Below, one piece after another: positions 1 to 7,443 of a DNA stretch of 32,000 nt. Origin of the DNA: Mucisphaera calidilacus (GTDB lineage Bacteria; Planctomycetota; Phycisphaerae; Phycisphaerales; Phycisphaeraceae); the NCBI RefSeq assembly GCF_007748075.1, contig NZ_CP036280.1, positions 2,550,001-2,582,000 on the forward strand, in the 5' to 3' direction. Made by a program: the position numbers and the translations under genes. How positions within the stretch are numbered: position 1 is the first letter of the stretch; each line of letters begins with the position of its first letter. The notes below the pieces were generated by a model that saw only the letters and a program-made list of their open reading frames with translations, did no database searches and was not told the DNA's origin.

Positions 1-176
1 ACCACCGCCCACGCCAGCCCCGCCGTCGCCACCAGACGAACCAGCATCCCCAGCATCCACCCGCGGACCATGCCCAACGCGGCACCATCCGCCGAACCAC
101 GCATCAACCACACAGGCAGCAAACCCAGCACACCCCCCAGCAACGCAGCGCCCAGACCCGCCAGCAACTCAACCAT
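1..176 (-). CDS. small hydrophobic membrane protein, AtpI-like candidate (5' part only; continues beyond window start)
   Basis: Minus-strand ATG at 176-174 overlaps the stop of the upstream atpZ-like gene (ATGGTTGA, 8-nt overlap). My translation, MVELLAGLGAALLGGVLGLLPVWLMRGSADGAALGMVRGWMLGMLVRLVATAGLAWAVV, stays open to the window edge and is almost entirely hydrophobic. It uses G-ending codons like the neighbouring real minus-strand genes. The family assignment rests only on position after an atpZ-like gene. Confidence 0.4.
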   Translation of the reverse strand, partial: MVELLAGLGAALLGGVLGLLPVWLMRGSADGAALGMVRGWMLGMLVRLVATAGLAWAV

Positions 177-435
177 CACCGCCTCCACCCTCCCCATGCC
201 TGCGATCACGCTCCGCTTCCTGATTCAACGCAATCGCCTTCTTCACCAGCAGATACAACCCGCCCATCACCCCCACCACCAGACCCGTCATCGACCACAA
301 AGGACGCGTCCCCCAATGCCCATCCAACCAGAAACCCACACCCGCCAGCACCACCGCCGCCAGACCAAACTCCAGCCCCGAACCCGCCAATGCCCACAAA
401 CGACGACGATCTTCCTCGGCCATCGCCCTCTGCAT
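169..435 (-). CDS. AtpZ / 'ATPase_gene1'-type small membrane protein (putative F0F1-ATPase-associated subunit)
   Basis: 88 aa with two predicted TM helices. The family-typical pattern is present: ...GLEFGLAAVVLAGVGFWLDGHWGTRPLWSMTGLVVGVMGGLYLLVKK. It starts 19 nt downstream of the atpG stop on the same strand. Confidence 0.7.
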   Translation of the reverse strand: MQRAMAEEDRRRLWALAGSGLEFGLAAVVLAGVGFWLDGHWGTRPLWSMTGLVVGVMGGLYLLVKKAIALNQEAERDRRHGEGGGGDG

Positions 436-454
436 CCTCTCGCAATGCGAAACC

Positions 455-1342
455 CTAGTTCAACGCCGCCGCACCGCTGATGATCTCGTTCAGCTCCGTC
501 GTGATCTGCGTCTGACGCGCACGGTTGTAAAGCCGCTTCAGCGACTTGCCCATCTTGCCCGCCGAGTCCGTCGCCGACTTCATCGCGATCATCCGCGCAA
601 TCTGCTCACTCACCACCGCCTCGTTCAAACGCTGGAAAAGCGACGTCCGAACCGTCACAGGCAGCAACTCCGCCAGCAACGCCTCCGGCTCAGGCGAATA
701 CTCGTAAACCACACCCGAACCCTCGCCCGACGCTCCCTCATCCTCACCCGACACCTGCTTGATCGGCAGCAACTGAGCCACCTCCGGGTACTGACGCGAC
801 ATCTTCTCGAACGCCATCGACACCACCGAAACCCGGTCGTACGCCCCCGACGCATACCGCTCCATGTAATCGTCCGCCAACGCCTCCACCGCCGCGTACT
901 CAGGCGTGTCCCCGATCTCCGAATGGAACGCACCCACCTCGATGTGGTTGAACTTGCAATACACCTGACCCTTACGCCCGATCAGCTCCACGTCCACCGG
1001 ACACGTCGCCGCACGCAGATACTGATGGGCCGCACGCAGCACGTTACCGTTGTAACCCCCGCAAAGACCACGGTTTGAGGTCACGATCAGCAGGAGCTCA
1101 CGCCTGGGCGACACCGCCGGCTCCGACAGCAGCGGATCGGTGATCTCACCCGATCCCGCCACGCTCGCCGCCAGCCGGCCCACCATCGACTCGATGCCGG
1201 CCGAATATGCCTTCGCCTCCGTCGCCCGACGCTGCATCGCCTGAAACCGCGCCGTCGCGATCATCTGCATCGTCTTCGTGATCCGCTGGATGTTGCGGAC
1301 CGCCTTCATACGCGTCTTCAATTCCCGACTGTTACTCGCCAT
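455..1342 (-). CDS. atpG: F-type ATP synthase gamma subunit
   Basis: The translation matches the gamma chain end to end. N-terminus: MASNSRELKTRMKAVRNIQRITKTMQMIATARF. Internal motif: SNRGLCGGYN. C-terminus: ARQTQITTELNEIISGAAAL. The track ORF starts at 1354 (MLWVM...); the ATG at 1342 fits the conserved family N-terminus better. Confidence 0.95.
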   Translation of the reverse strand: MASNSRELKTRMKAVRNIQRITKTMQMIATARFQAMQRRATEAKAYSAGIESMVGRLAASVAGSGEITDPLLSEPAVSPRRELLLIVTSNRGLCGGYNGNVLRAAHQYLRAATCPVDVELIGRKGQVYCKFNHIEVGAFHSEIGDTPEYAAVEALADDYMERYASGAYDRVSVVSMAFEKMSRQYPEVAQLLPIKQVSGEDEGASGEGSGVVYEYSPEPEALLAELLPVTVRTSLFQRLNEAVVSEQIARMIAMKSATDSAGKMGKSLKRLYNRARQTQITTELNEIISGAAALN

Positions 1343-1787
1343 AACCCAAAGCATAACCCAACCCCACCCACAACCTCAAAACCCGCACCCCCGCTCTCAA
1401 ACCCGGTTGGCTGCGACCAGACCGAGCCTGCGAAGGTCTGCCCACAGAATCGCCGCCACTCACGCCCCCCCACGCGAGCCCAAAGCGCGAACCTTCCTGA
1501 CCCTGCGCCCCTTCATCCCGATCCGCGATGAAGGCCCCAAACCCTGAGCGACGCCCTAGGCCGAATGTTTCAACGAAAATTGATTGATGACCCTGCACGA
1601 CGCCAAAAACAAGATCAAATCCTGTCCTCAACATTACAATGGTCTGCGTCCCCAGACCGCCTCGAGCAACCTGCCCCGTGGAGTTCGCTGGTTGAATCAC
1701 CCGGCCGATTGATGGCCGAGGCTAGCATCGAGACTGGTATGAAGATGGGGAGAGGCGCAGATGCTGGCCTCGGTCATTATGAATGGT

Positions 1788-2240
1788 TCAGGATCCGGGA
1801 GGAGGCACATCTTGCCTAATAGCTCCGTCTTCCGTGTTACTAATAATAGCTCTGGTTCCGTCCTGAGATTTTATGAGTATCCCTTCACTATCAGATTCTG
1901 CAATCATGAGTAGACGGAGCATGCCGGACAAGTCTGTCATGGATATCATTGACATGCCACCCTGCTGGCTACTTGATTCTATTGCTATCATTTCTGTGTC
2001 GCCTGCCACCAACATGATTCCAGCCACATCACTTAATAGTTGCGATTCGTCGCTATTATCGTCGCCGTATATAATTACACGTGGATTTCCTTGCCTGTCT
2101 ACCACGATAATCTCATTAGTTACAATTTTAGACATCATGCCGTTAGCGATCTCGTCACAGTACCCGACGAGTCCAAGCAATACCATGCCTAGCACGATTA
2201 CTGATAGTGTGTTAAAGATGGTCATGTATCTTAATATCAT
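1788..2240 (-). CDS. hypothetical membrane-anchored protein encoded in a low-GC islet
   Basis: 150-aa ORF with an N-terminal hydrophobic helix (TIFNTLSVIVLGMVLLGLVGY), followed by short beta-strand-like repeats (IVVDRQGNPRVIIYGDD / ILIKSQDGTRAIISNTEDG). It is the only long ORF in a region that is visibly AT-rich (30-45% G+C in the 60-nt lines I counted). I recognise no family. Confidence 0.5.
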   Translation of the reverse strand: MILRYMTIFNTLSVIVLGMVLLGLVGYCDEIANGMMSKIVTNEIIVVDRQGNPRVIIYGDDNSDESQLLSDVAGIMLVAGDTEMIAIESSSQQGGMSMISMTDLSGMLRLLMIAESDSEGILIKSQDGTRAIISNTEDGAIRQDVPPPGS

Positions 2241-2489
2241 TACTATAATTCCATGATTTGCAGTAGCTAATGGCTCTTAATTTGTATTTTTTCTTATTTG
2301 TTTTTTACTTCGCCGGTCATTCCTTGACTTTGAAATAGTAAGTGTACACTGATGGCACCTCTCGAAATCACGTATCTGGTAGGTGATTAATGCGTTCGGG
2401 TTCATTTTATTGTTCGCGATGCTGGCTGGCGTGGGTTGGTGGTTCGTGTTGGTCGTCGTGATCGAGCTCTACGCCTTGTCCGGTGTCGA

Positions 2490-2709
2490 TCAATAGGCCC
2501 TCATGCGTTGGAGGGTGACGTAGTTTGTCATGTTGTAGACCAGATTCCTGATGCCGATACGCATTGACGATCGAATGAGCCCATCGCCGCAGATAATCGC
2601 CCCGCCTAACGCCCCGGGACCGTTGCCAAAGACGTGCTCGACCCGGGCGCGGACGCGTGATCGCCTGCCGTTGGCCCGACGCTTACTACCGATGCGATAA
2701 GCACTTATT
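2490..2709 (-). pseudogene. IS5-family (DDE) transposase, C-terminal remnant only
   Basis: The C-terminal part of track ORF 2490..2876 reads ...RRSRVRARVEHVFGNGPGALGGAIICGDGLIRSSMRIGIRNLVYNMTNYVTL. The RxRVEHVFG...GL...NL motif is the conserved C-terminus of IS5-family transposases. There is no N-terminal or catalytic part, and the remnant abuts the alr stop at 2713. Confidence 0.6.
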
Positions 2710-2712
2710 GCT

Positions 2713-3912
2713 TCACACGGAGGCCCGACCCGATCCCCGATCAAGCCGCCCCAGCCGACACAACAACTCGTACGCGTGCGTCCCGGCCAGCGGCACCAGC
2801 CCCGGCACCGTGTTGGGCGCATCCCGGTCCCCCGAATACACCTCCACCGTCGCCCCCAACAACCGCCCCGACTCACCCCCCGCCTCCGTCACGTCGATCA
2901 CCACCTGATCCATGTTGACCCGCCCACGCACCGGCGCATCACACACCCCACCCTCAGGCAGCAACACACGCATCGTCGCCTTGTTCGACAACGACACCGG
3001 ATAACCATCCCCGTAACCGATCGGCACCACCGCCAGCACGCAGTCGCGATCCGCCGTCCACGTCGACCCGTAACCCACCGCCGTCCCCGCCGCATAACGC
3101 GCCACGTGATGGATCACCGTCACCCAACGCACCACCGGCAGCAGCGGGTCCGCCTCCACCAGACGCGGACCGCCCGCAAGATCGTCATACCCGCACCCGT
3201 ACAGCCCGATCCCGGGCCGAATCATCCCCAGGTGAAACGACGCATCCCGCAGCGTCGCGTAACTGTTCGCCGCATGAAGCACCACGCCCCCAGGCAACAA
3301 ACCCGCACACCCATCCACCGCCGACCGGTAACGACGCAGCTGCTCGCACGCAAAACCGTAGTCGCTGTCCGCCGTCGCCAGATGCGTGTGCACCCCCGCC
3401 ACGAACAACCCCTCCGACCCCGCCACCGCCGACAGCACCCGCCCGAGATCCGCAGGCGAAAACCCCGAACGACTCATCCCGGTATCCACGTAAACATGCA
3501 CGCCCAGCCGGCACCCCTGCGAAGCCGCCGCTTCATCCAGCCCCCGCAACTGATCATCCGTGTGCACCGTCGGCTCCAGCAGACCCGCCACCGCCGCCCG
3601 CGCCAGTGCCGAACCCGCCGGCAACGCGTCCACCGGCCCGAGCGTCACCACCGGCACCCCCGGCCCCAACGCCAGCAAGGCCTCCGCCTCTGCCGCCGAG
3701 TAAACCGCCAGCCGCTCAACACCCTCAGCCACCAGCCGCCGCGAAACCGCCTCCACCCCCAGCCCGTACGCGTCCTTCTTTACCACCGCGCAAACCCGCG
3801 TCCCCGCAGGCACCAGCGACCGGAACACGCCCAGGTTATGAGCCAGCGCATCGAGATCCAACACCACCCGATGCGACGTCGGCCCCCAAAGATCGTGGCC
3901 AGTGACACTCAC
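2713..3912 (-). CDS. alr: alanine racemase
   Basis: 399 aa. The PLP-lysine motif AVVKKDAYGLG is near the N-terminus. Also present: MIRPGIGLYG, VGYGSTW and PIGYGDGYP, all typical of Alr. Confidence 0.93.
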   Translation of the reverse strand: MSVTGHDLWGPTSHRVVLDLDALAHNLGVFRSLVPAGTRVCAVVKKDAYGLGVEAVSRRLVAEGVERLAVYSAAEAEALLALGPGVPVVTLGPVDALPAGSALARAAVAGLLEPTVHTDDQLRGLDEAAASQGCRLGVHVYVDTGMSRSGFSPADLGRVLSAVAGSEGLFVAGVHTHLATADSDYGFACEQLRRYRSAVDGCAGLLPGGVVLHAANSYATLRDASFHLGMIRPGIGLYGCGYDDLAGGPRLVEADPLLPVVRWVTVIHHVARYAAGTAVGYGSTWTADRDCVLAVVPIGYGDGYPVSLSNKATMRVLLPEGGVCDAPVRGRVNMDQVVIDVTEAGGESGRLLGATVEVYSGDRDAPNTVPGLVPLAGTHAYELLCRLGRLDRGSGRASV

Positions 3913-4017
3913 CGCTTTCTTGTACCATACTCACGTTATTCGCTACCATGCGAACCCTGGAGAGCAGCCCCGTGCCGCGGCCGCCCCCGGCCGCAAACCA
4001 CGGAATGGCCCTAGTTT

Positions 4018-5349
4018 ATGAGTGATCTGTTCGACGAATCGGTACGCTTTGCCGACCTCGGTCTCAATGACCGCATCCTCGCTGCGCTGGACCGCAAGGG
4101 CTTCGAGCACCCGACCCTGATCCAAGCCCAGCTCATCCCCCCCATCCTCAACGGCAAGGACGTCATGGGGCAGGCCAAGACCGGCAGCGGCAAGACCGCC
4201 GCCTTTGCCCTGCCCATCCTCCACCTCGCCGACCCCGACATCCCCATGCAGGCGCTCGTCCTCGCGCCCACCCGAGAGCTCGCCGTCCAGGTCGCCGGCG
4301 AGATAGAAAAACTCGCCGAGGACACCGACATCAAGGTCTCCTGCATCATCGGCGGCGAGTCGATGCGCAAGCAGAAGAAGTCCATGGAGGCCGGCGGTCA
4401 CATCATCGTTGGCACCCCCGGCCGCGTCATGGACCTCCAGAACCGCCGGGAACTCAGCTTCGACCGGATCCGCTTCGCCGTCCTCGACGAGGTCGACCGC
4501 ATGCTCGACATCGGCTTCCGCGACGACATCCGCCAGATCCTCAAGACCTGCCCGACCGACCGCCAGACGATCTTCGTTTCCGCCACCATCAGCGGCGAGA
4601 TCGAACGCCTGGGCCGGCAGTTCATGAAAGAGGATGCGGAGAAGGTCGAAACAGTTGGCAGCTCGCTGACCGTGAGCATGGTCGACCAGAAGTACCTGTC
4701 GGTCGAGCCGTGGGACAAGCGGACGATGCTGCTCTACCTGATCCGCAAGGAGGAGCCGGAAACGACCGTCGTCTTCTGCAAGACGAAGGCGACCGTGCAC
4801 AAGGTCACGCAATACCTTCGTGACAAAGGGGTTAGTGTTCGCGAGATCCATGGCGACCTGCACCAGACCAAGCGCACCCGGGTGATGAACGCGTTGCGTC
4901 AGAAGCAGGTGGATGTGCTGATCGCGTCGGACCTTGCTGCGCGGGGGCTGGACATCGACCACATCACGGACGTGGTGAACTACGACCTGCCGGAGGACCC
5001 GGAGGTGTACGTGCACCGGATCGGCCGGACGGCCCGGGCGGGCCGTCGCGGGCGGGCGTGGAGTTTCGTTACACCCGAGGAAGGACAACGACTTACAGAA
5101 ATTGAGAAGCTGTCCGGAGCGTTGATTGAGGCGGTGTTTTACGAGGATTTCGAGCCGGGTCCGATCCCGAAGGCGGTTCGTGAGGAGCGTGCGAAGTCGG
5201 AGTCGCCTCGGAAGGTGGTGGAGCGTGGGCCTGTGGATCCTACGACGTTGTCGGAGCAGGAGTTGCAGTCGATGTTCCCGGGCGGGGTGATCCCGAAGGG
5301 CAAGCCGAGGACGGGCATGGGCGGTCGTCACCGCGGCCGACGGAGATAG
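4018..5349 (+). CDS. DEAD-box ATP-dependent RNA helicase (motif II variant DEVD) with basic C-terminal tail
   Basis: Q motif FADLGL...GFEHPTLIQ; motif I AKTGSGKTAAF; Ia PTRELA; II DEVD; III SAT; V ARGLDI; VI HRIGRTARAG. The tail is RG-rich. Confidence 0.95.
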   Translation: MSDLFDESVRFADLGLNDRILAALDRKGFEHPTLIQAQLIPPILNGKDVMGQAKTGSGKTAAFALPILHLADPDIPMQALVLAPTRELAVQVAGEIEKLAEDTDIKVSCIIGGESMRKQKKSMEAGGHIIVGTPGRVMDLQNRRELSFDRIRFAVLDEVDRMLDIGFRDDIRQILKTCPTDRQTIFVSATISGEIERLGRQFMKEDAEKVETVGSSLTVSMVDQKYLSVEPWDKRTMLLYLIRKEEPETTVVFCKTKATVHKVTQYLRDKGVSVREIHGDLHQTKRTRVMNALRQKQVDVLIASDLAARGLDIDHITDVVNYDLPEDPEVYVHRIGRTARAGRRGRAWSFVTPEEGQRLTEIEKLSGALIEAVFYEDFEPGPIPKAVREERAKSESPRKVVERGPVDPTTLSEQELQSMFPGGVIPKGKPRTGMGGRHRGRRR

Positions 5350-5390
5350 TCGCGGCGCGCACAGTCTGACGACTTTGCAATAATTTACAC

Positions 5391-5482
5391 TTTTTCGGGT
5401 TCGTTTCGGGTCGTTTTCGAGCGTTTTGGGTTCGTTTTCGTCCGTTTTGGAGCGTTTTGGTCCAAAAAGGGCCTGTTTTTGG
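5391..5482. repeat. array of T-tracts phased at 10-11 bp (degenerate tandem CGTTTTSG unit), predicted intrinsically bent DNA
   Basis: T-tracts start at 5391, 5404, 5414, 5424, 5435, 5445, 5455 and 5476, with spacings of 13, 10, 10, 11, 10, 10 and 21. There is an A5 tract at 5464. The 3' end forms the inverted repeat CCAAAAA-gggcctg-TTTTTGG (5462-5482). Confidence 0.7.
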
Positions 5483-5488
5483 TCACGA

Positions 5489-5519
5489 CGTGCGCACAAA
5501 AGCCGTCCTTGTGCGCGCG
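5489..5519 (+). terminator. GC-rich hairpin downstream of the helicase gene (possible terminator; no U-tract)
   Basis: GCGCACAA (5492-5499) pairs with TTGTGCGC (5509-5516) around a 9-nt loop. The stem can be extended by about 3 bp including one G-U pair. No T-run follows, so intrinsic-terminator status is weak. Confidence 0.25.
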
Positions 5520-5526
5520 ACCCCCG

Positions 5527-5626
5527 GAATCAGGGGGTGGGGGTGAAAGAAAGTATCGGTTTTTGGGAGCGTGGCTAGGAGGTGGGGTGAGCGCTGTTTC
5601 CTGTCGGCAAGATCACGGGCAATGGC
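5527..5626 (+). repeat. copy A of a ~100-bp dispersed direct repeat
   Basis: GAATCAGGGGGTGGGGGTGAAAGAAAGTATCGGTTTTTGGGAGCGTGGCTAGGAGGTGGGGTGAGCGCTGTTTCCTGTCGGCAAGATCACGGGCAATGGC. It aligns with 8459-8556 in the same orientation, at roughly 90% identity by eye and with one short indel. Confidence 0.85.
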
Positions 5627-5644
5627 TAGAACATTCCCCATCGA

Positions 5645-6024
5645 TCAGTAGCTCATAGGGCGCATGTTGTGTGCGACGGTGTCTACGGTGCGGTCAACGC
5701 CGACGTGTTTGAGGCCTTCATCGAACAGGTGCTGGTGCCGAAGCTGCGTCCTGGCGACATTGTGATTAGGGGGCAGCCTCTCGAGCCGCAAGCGTGCCCG
5801 CACGTGTAAACTCGTCGAGTCAGCCGGGGCGATGCTCGAGTACCGCCCGCCATACTCACCCGACCTCAACCTGATCGAGAAGGTCTTCGCGACGGTCACA
5901 ACCTGCTGCATTCGCTGGCCCGCCTTACCCGCCAGACGCTGTGGCAAGCCTCCCGTCCATCCTCGACGGGATCACCGATTCGGATGCCTACAACTGCTTC
6001 CGGCACTGCGAAAATGCGTTATAG
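5645..6024 (+). pseudogene. IS630/Tc1-mariner-family (DDE_3) transposase, frameshifted C-terminal remnant
   Basis: Three frames each carry consecutive pieces of the IS630 C-terminus: (1) ...NADVFEAFIEQVLVPKLRPGDIVI; (2) LSSRKRARTCKLVESAGAMLEYRPPYSPDLNLIEKVFA; (3) ILDGITDSDAYNCFRHCENAL*. That requires at least two frameshifts, and the N-terminal half is absent. Confidence 0.75.
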
Positions 6025-6168
6025 ATGGATTAGGGATGATCTAAGCTCCGCTGCACCAATCCCAAACCAAACCCTTGACCAAATTAAATCATGATGTAAT
6101 CTCATGGCAGGTACAGAGATGCACGCGGGTTATCGCTATACCCCCGCACACTGAGGAAGGGAAAAGAA

Positions 6169-6990
6169 ATGTCAATCCGCCGTATCCCCGTCGTCGCCGC
6201 CCTCTTGGCAGCCACCACCCTCTCAACCGCCAGCGCCGACCTCGTGCAGTTCGATGACTTCGCAGACACCACCGGGCTCACCCTCAACGGCAGCGCCACC
6301 ACCACCAGCACCGCTGACGGCACCGTCCTACGACTCACACCCGCCGCCTCAGGACGAGGCGGGTCCGTCTTCAGTTCAACCACCGTCGACGCCGACGAGT
6401 TCGCCACCTTTTTCCGCTTCCGAATCACCGACCCAGGCGGCGCCACCTTCGACAACAACAACGAACCCGGAGCCGACGGCATCGTCTTCGTCGTCCAGTC
6501 CATCAGCAACTCCCAGGGAGGCGCAGGCGGCGGTATCGGGTACTCTGGCATCGATCAGTCCGTCGGCGTCGAGTTCGACACCTGGGGCAACAACAGCCTC
6601 AACGACCCCAGCCAATCCCACGCCGGCATCATCACCAACGGCAGCGTCAACCACGGCCCCGGCTCACCTTTCACCGTCAGCCAGTCCTCTCCTGAATGGG
6701 ACGACGGCGACATCTTCAACGTATGGATCGACTACGACGGCGACGACCTCAGAGTCAGCTGGTCCGCCGGCAGCATCCCCAGACCCACCACCCCCCAACT
6801 CGTCCGTGCCATCGACATCCCCGCCCTCCTCGGCCAACAAACCGGCTTCGTCGGCTTCACCGCCGGTACCGGCGCCGCCTGGGCCAACCACGACATCCTC
6901 GAATGGCGCTACACCCCCACCATCCCCGAACCCGCGACCACCGCACTACTCCTGACCGCCGGAGCCCTCACACTCACACGCCGACGCTAA
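6169..6990 (+). CDS. secreted L-type (legume-like) lectin domain protein with PEP-CTERM sorting tail
   Basis: Signal peptide MSIRRIPVVAALLAATTLSTASA. Lectin_legB-like blocks: GADGIVFVVQ, GGGIGYSGI..SVGVEFDTW.N...DP..SH.GI, VWIDYDGDDLRV, GFVGFTAGTG. The C-terminus is IPEPATTALLLTAGALTLTRRR (PEP motif + TM + Arg cluster). Confidence 0.85.
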   Translation: MSIRRIPVVAALLAATTLSTASADLVQFDDFADTTGLTLNGSATTTSTADGTVLRLTPAASGRGGSVFSSTTVDADEFATFFRFRITDPGGATFDNNNEPGADGIVFVVQSISNSQGGAGGGIGYSGIDQSVGVEFDTWGNNSLNDPSQSHAGIITNGSVNHGPGSPFTVSQSSPEWDDGDIFNVWIDYDGDDLRVSWSAGSIPRPTTPQLVRAIDIPALLGQQTGFVGFTAGTGAAWANHDILEWRYTPTIPEPATTALLLTAGALTLTRRR

Positions 6991-7023
6991 TCCCGACATC
7001 ACTCACAACGAAACCACAACAAC

Positions 7024-7407
7024 TTGACCAAACCCCAACTCTCCCACGCCCAACCCCAACTGCCCGCATCTGACGTAGAAGCCCTAGCCGCTTTCTACAA
7101 GGACAAGCTCGGCTTCACGATCGACTACCTCTACGGCGACCCACCCTTCTACGCCCTCGTCTCTCGCGATGGCGCCCACCTCAACCTCCGCAAACTCAGC
7201 ACCAGCGTCATCAACAGAGAAGCTCAACACCAGGAGCAACTCCTCTCAGCCGCCATCCCCACCCTCAACGTTGAATCCCTATACGAAGAGTTCCAGAAAC
7301 AAGCCGTCGAGTTCTTCCAACCCCTCAAGCAACAACCCTGGAACGCCAAAGACTTCATCATCAAAGACCCCGACGGCAACCTCCTCTGCTTCGCCTCACC
7401 AACCTGA
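7024..7407 (+). CDS. VOC (glyoxalase/bleomycin-resistance) family protein
   Basis: 127 aa. N-terminal block LPASDVEALAAFYKDKLGFTIDY...; C-terminal block QPWNAKDFIIKDPDGNLLCFASP, typical of the family. The TTG start comes from the ORF track, so the start is uncertain. Confidence 0.8.
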   Translation: MTKPQLSHAQPQLPASDVEALAAFYKDKLGFTIDYLYGDPPFYALVSRDGAHLNLRKLSTSVINREAQHQEQLLSAAIPTLNVESLYEEFQKQAVEFFQPLKQQPWNAKDFIIKDPDGNLLCFASPT

Positions 7408-7443
7408 AGCACCACATAACAGCAAAGCCAAAACCGGAAACGA

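Noticed and set aside
70-480. 136-aa plus-strand ORF at the window start
   Set aside because: It is Pro/Thr/His-rich and low-complexity, and antisense to the atpZ-like and AtpI-like membrane protein genes.
1-1354. Interpreting the atp genes as an N-type (Na+) ATPase operon
   Set aside because: The N-ATPase order is atpDCQRBEFAG, with gamma last and the small Q/R genes upstream. Here the small membrane genes lie downstream of atpG. The c-subunit needed for a Na+-site diagnosis is not in the window.
1355-1787. Possible structured ncRNA in the 430-bp gap upstream of atpG. Hairpins: CCTTCATC/GATGAAGG at 1510-1534, CAGACC/GGTCTG at about 1418-1440, and GGTCTG/CAGACC at about 1643-1660.
   Set aside because: I looked for RNase P, tmRNA, SRP and riboswitch hallmark sequences and found none. 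Short GC-rich hairpins are expected by chance in this composition. It is probably the atpG promoter/leader region.
2383-2496. 37-codon plus-strand ORF (GTG start) encoding a hydrophobic peptide, INAFGFILLFAMLAGVGWWFVLVVVIELYALSGVDQ, at the edge of the low-GC islet. It could be a small membrane peptide or a type I toxin.
   Set aside because: I saw no ribosome-binding site, and it has a non-ATG start. It overlaps the end of the IS5 remnant. Nothing in the sequence alone distinguishes it from a chance ORF.
2776-4014. 412-aa plus-strand ORF covering the whole alr region
   Set aside because: The translation is extremely Arg/Pro/His-rich and low-complexity (…HRVGRIPVPRIHLHRRPQQPPRL…). It is exactly antisense to a gene with unambiguous alanine racemase motifs. 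It is a typical high-GC shadow ORF.
5391-5482. Possible CRISPR array or minisatellite
   Set aside because: The unit length is only 10-11 bp with no spacer/repeat alternation, and no cas genes are present. It is better described as phased T-tracts.
3943-5499. 518-aa minus-strand ORF antisense to the DEAD-box helicase
   Set aside because: It has no recognisable motifs and a low-complexity Arg/Leu/Asp-rich translation. The opposite strand carries every DEAD-box motif. Its 5' end would also have to read through the T-tract array.
6254-6955. 233-aa Pro/Ser/Thr-rich ORF in an alternate plus-strand frame of the lectin gene
   Set aside because: It is a low-complexity PST-rich product of the C-rich strand. 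The annotated frame has a signal peptide, lectin blocks and a PEP-CTERM tail.
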